A stretch of DNA of 64,000 nt, taken from positions 124,001-188,000 of the forward strand of contig NW_027362312.1 in NCBI RefSeq assembly GCF_039654945.1, given 5' to 3'. The translations under genes were made by a program, and so were the position numbers. Below the pieces are notes generated by a model. That model did no database searches. It saw only the letters and a program-made list of their open reading frames with translations, and was not told the DNA's origin. Below, in pieces: positions 63,871-64,000 of this stretch (position 1 is its first letter; the number at the start of each line of letters is the position of its first letter). The DNA comes from Dendrobates tinctorius (taxonomy: Eukaryota).

Positions 63871-64000
63871 AGAGATTTTGCCCTTTTTGCTCCCTGTAAC
63901 TGGATCATTGAACGTGATGTCTCACTTCTACAACCTTTGAGCATCAGGACACATGGGTGTCACAGAGCGGTCCTCCCTGTACATGTGTAGTCATCATACA

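Overview
Eukaryotic (vertebrate) genomic DNA, probably a frog judging by its transposon and minisatellite families (inference). It holds three spliced minus-strand genes in the same order as human 16q23: the 5' part of GLG1 (exons 1-4), a complete RFWD3 (12 coding exons, about 740 aa) and a complete MLKL (10 coding exons, about 467 aa). I assembled each by hand with GT-AG junctions and consistent phases. Nearly every large intron and intergenic gap carries a different minisatellite array, and these arrays produce most of the long ORFs in the track, which are artefacts. Mobile elements include a full-length Gmr1-type Ty3/Gypsy LTR retrotransposon with one open 1430-aa ORF (SCAN-like gag, PR-IN-RT-RH order), two decayed Tc1 elements, hAT-type MITEs (one only 81 bp) and T2/Kolobok-like MITEs. 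The most notable observations are: (1) minisatellite arrays that sit inside, or are amplified from, inverted-repeat arms, one pair carrying a degenerate Penelope-type minimal hammerhead motif; and (2) an in-frame 150-bp duplication of the RFWD3 branch point, acceptor and ATG that could add a 50-aa hydrophobic N-terminal extension. I found no clearly new protein-coding system.
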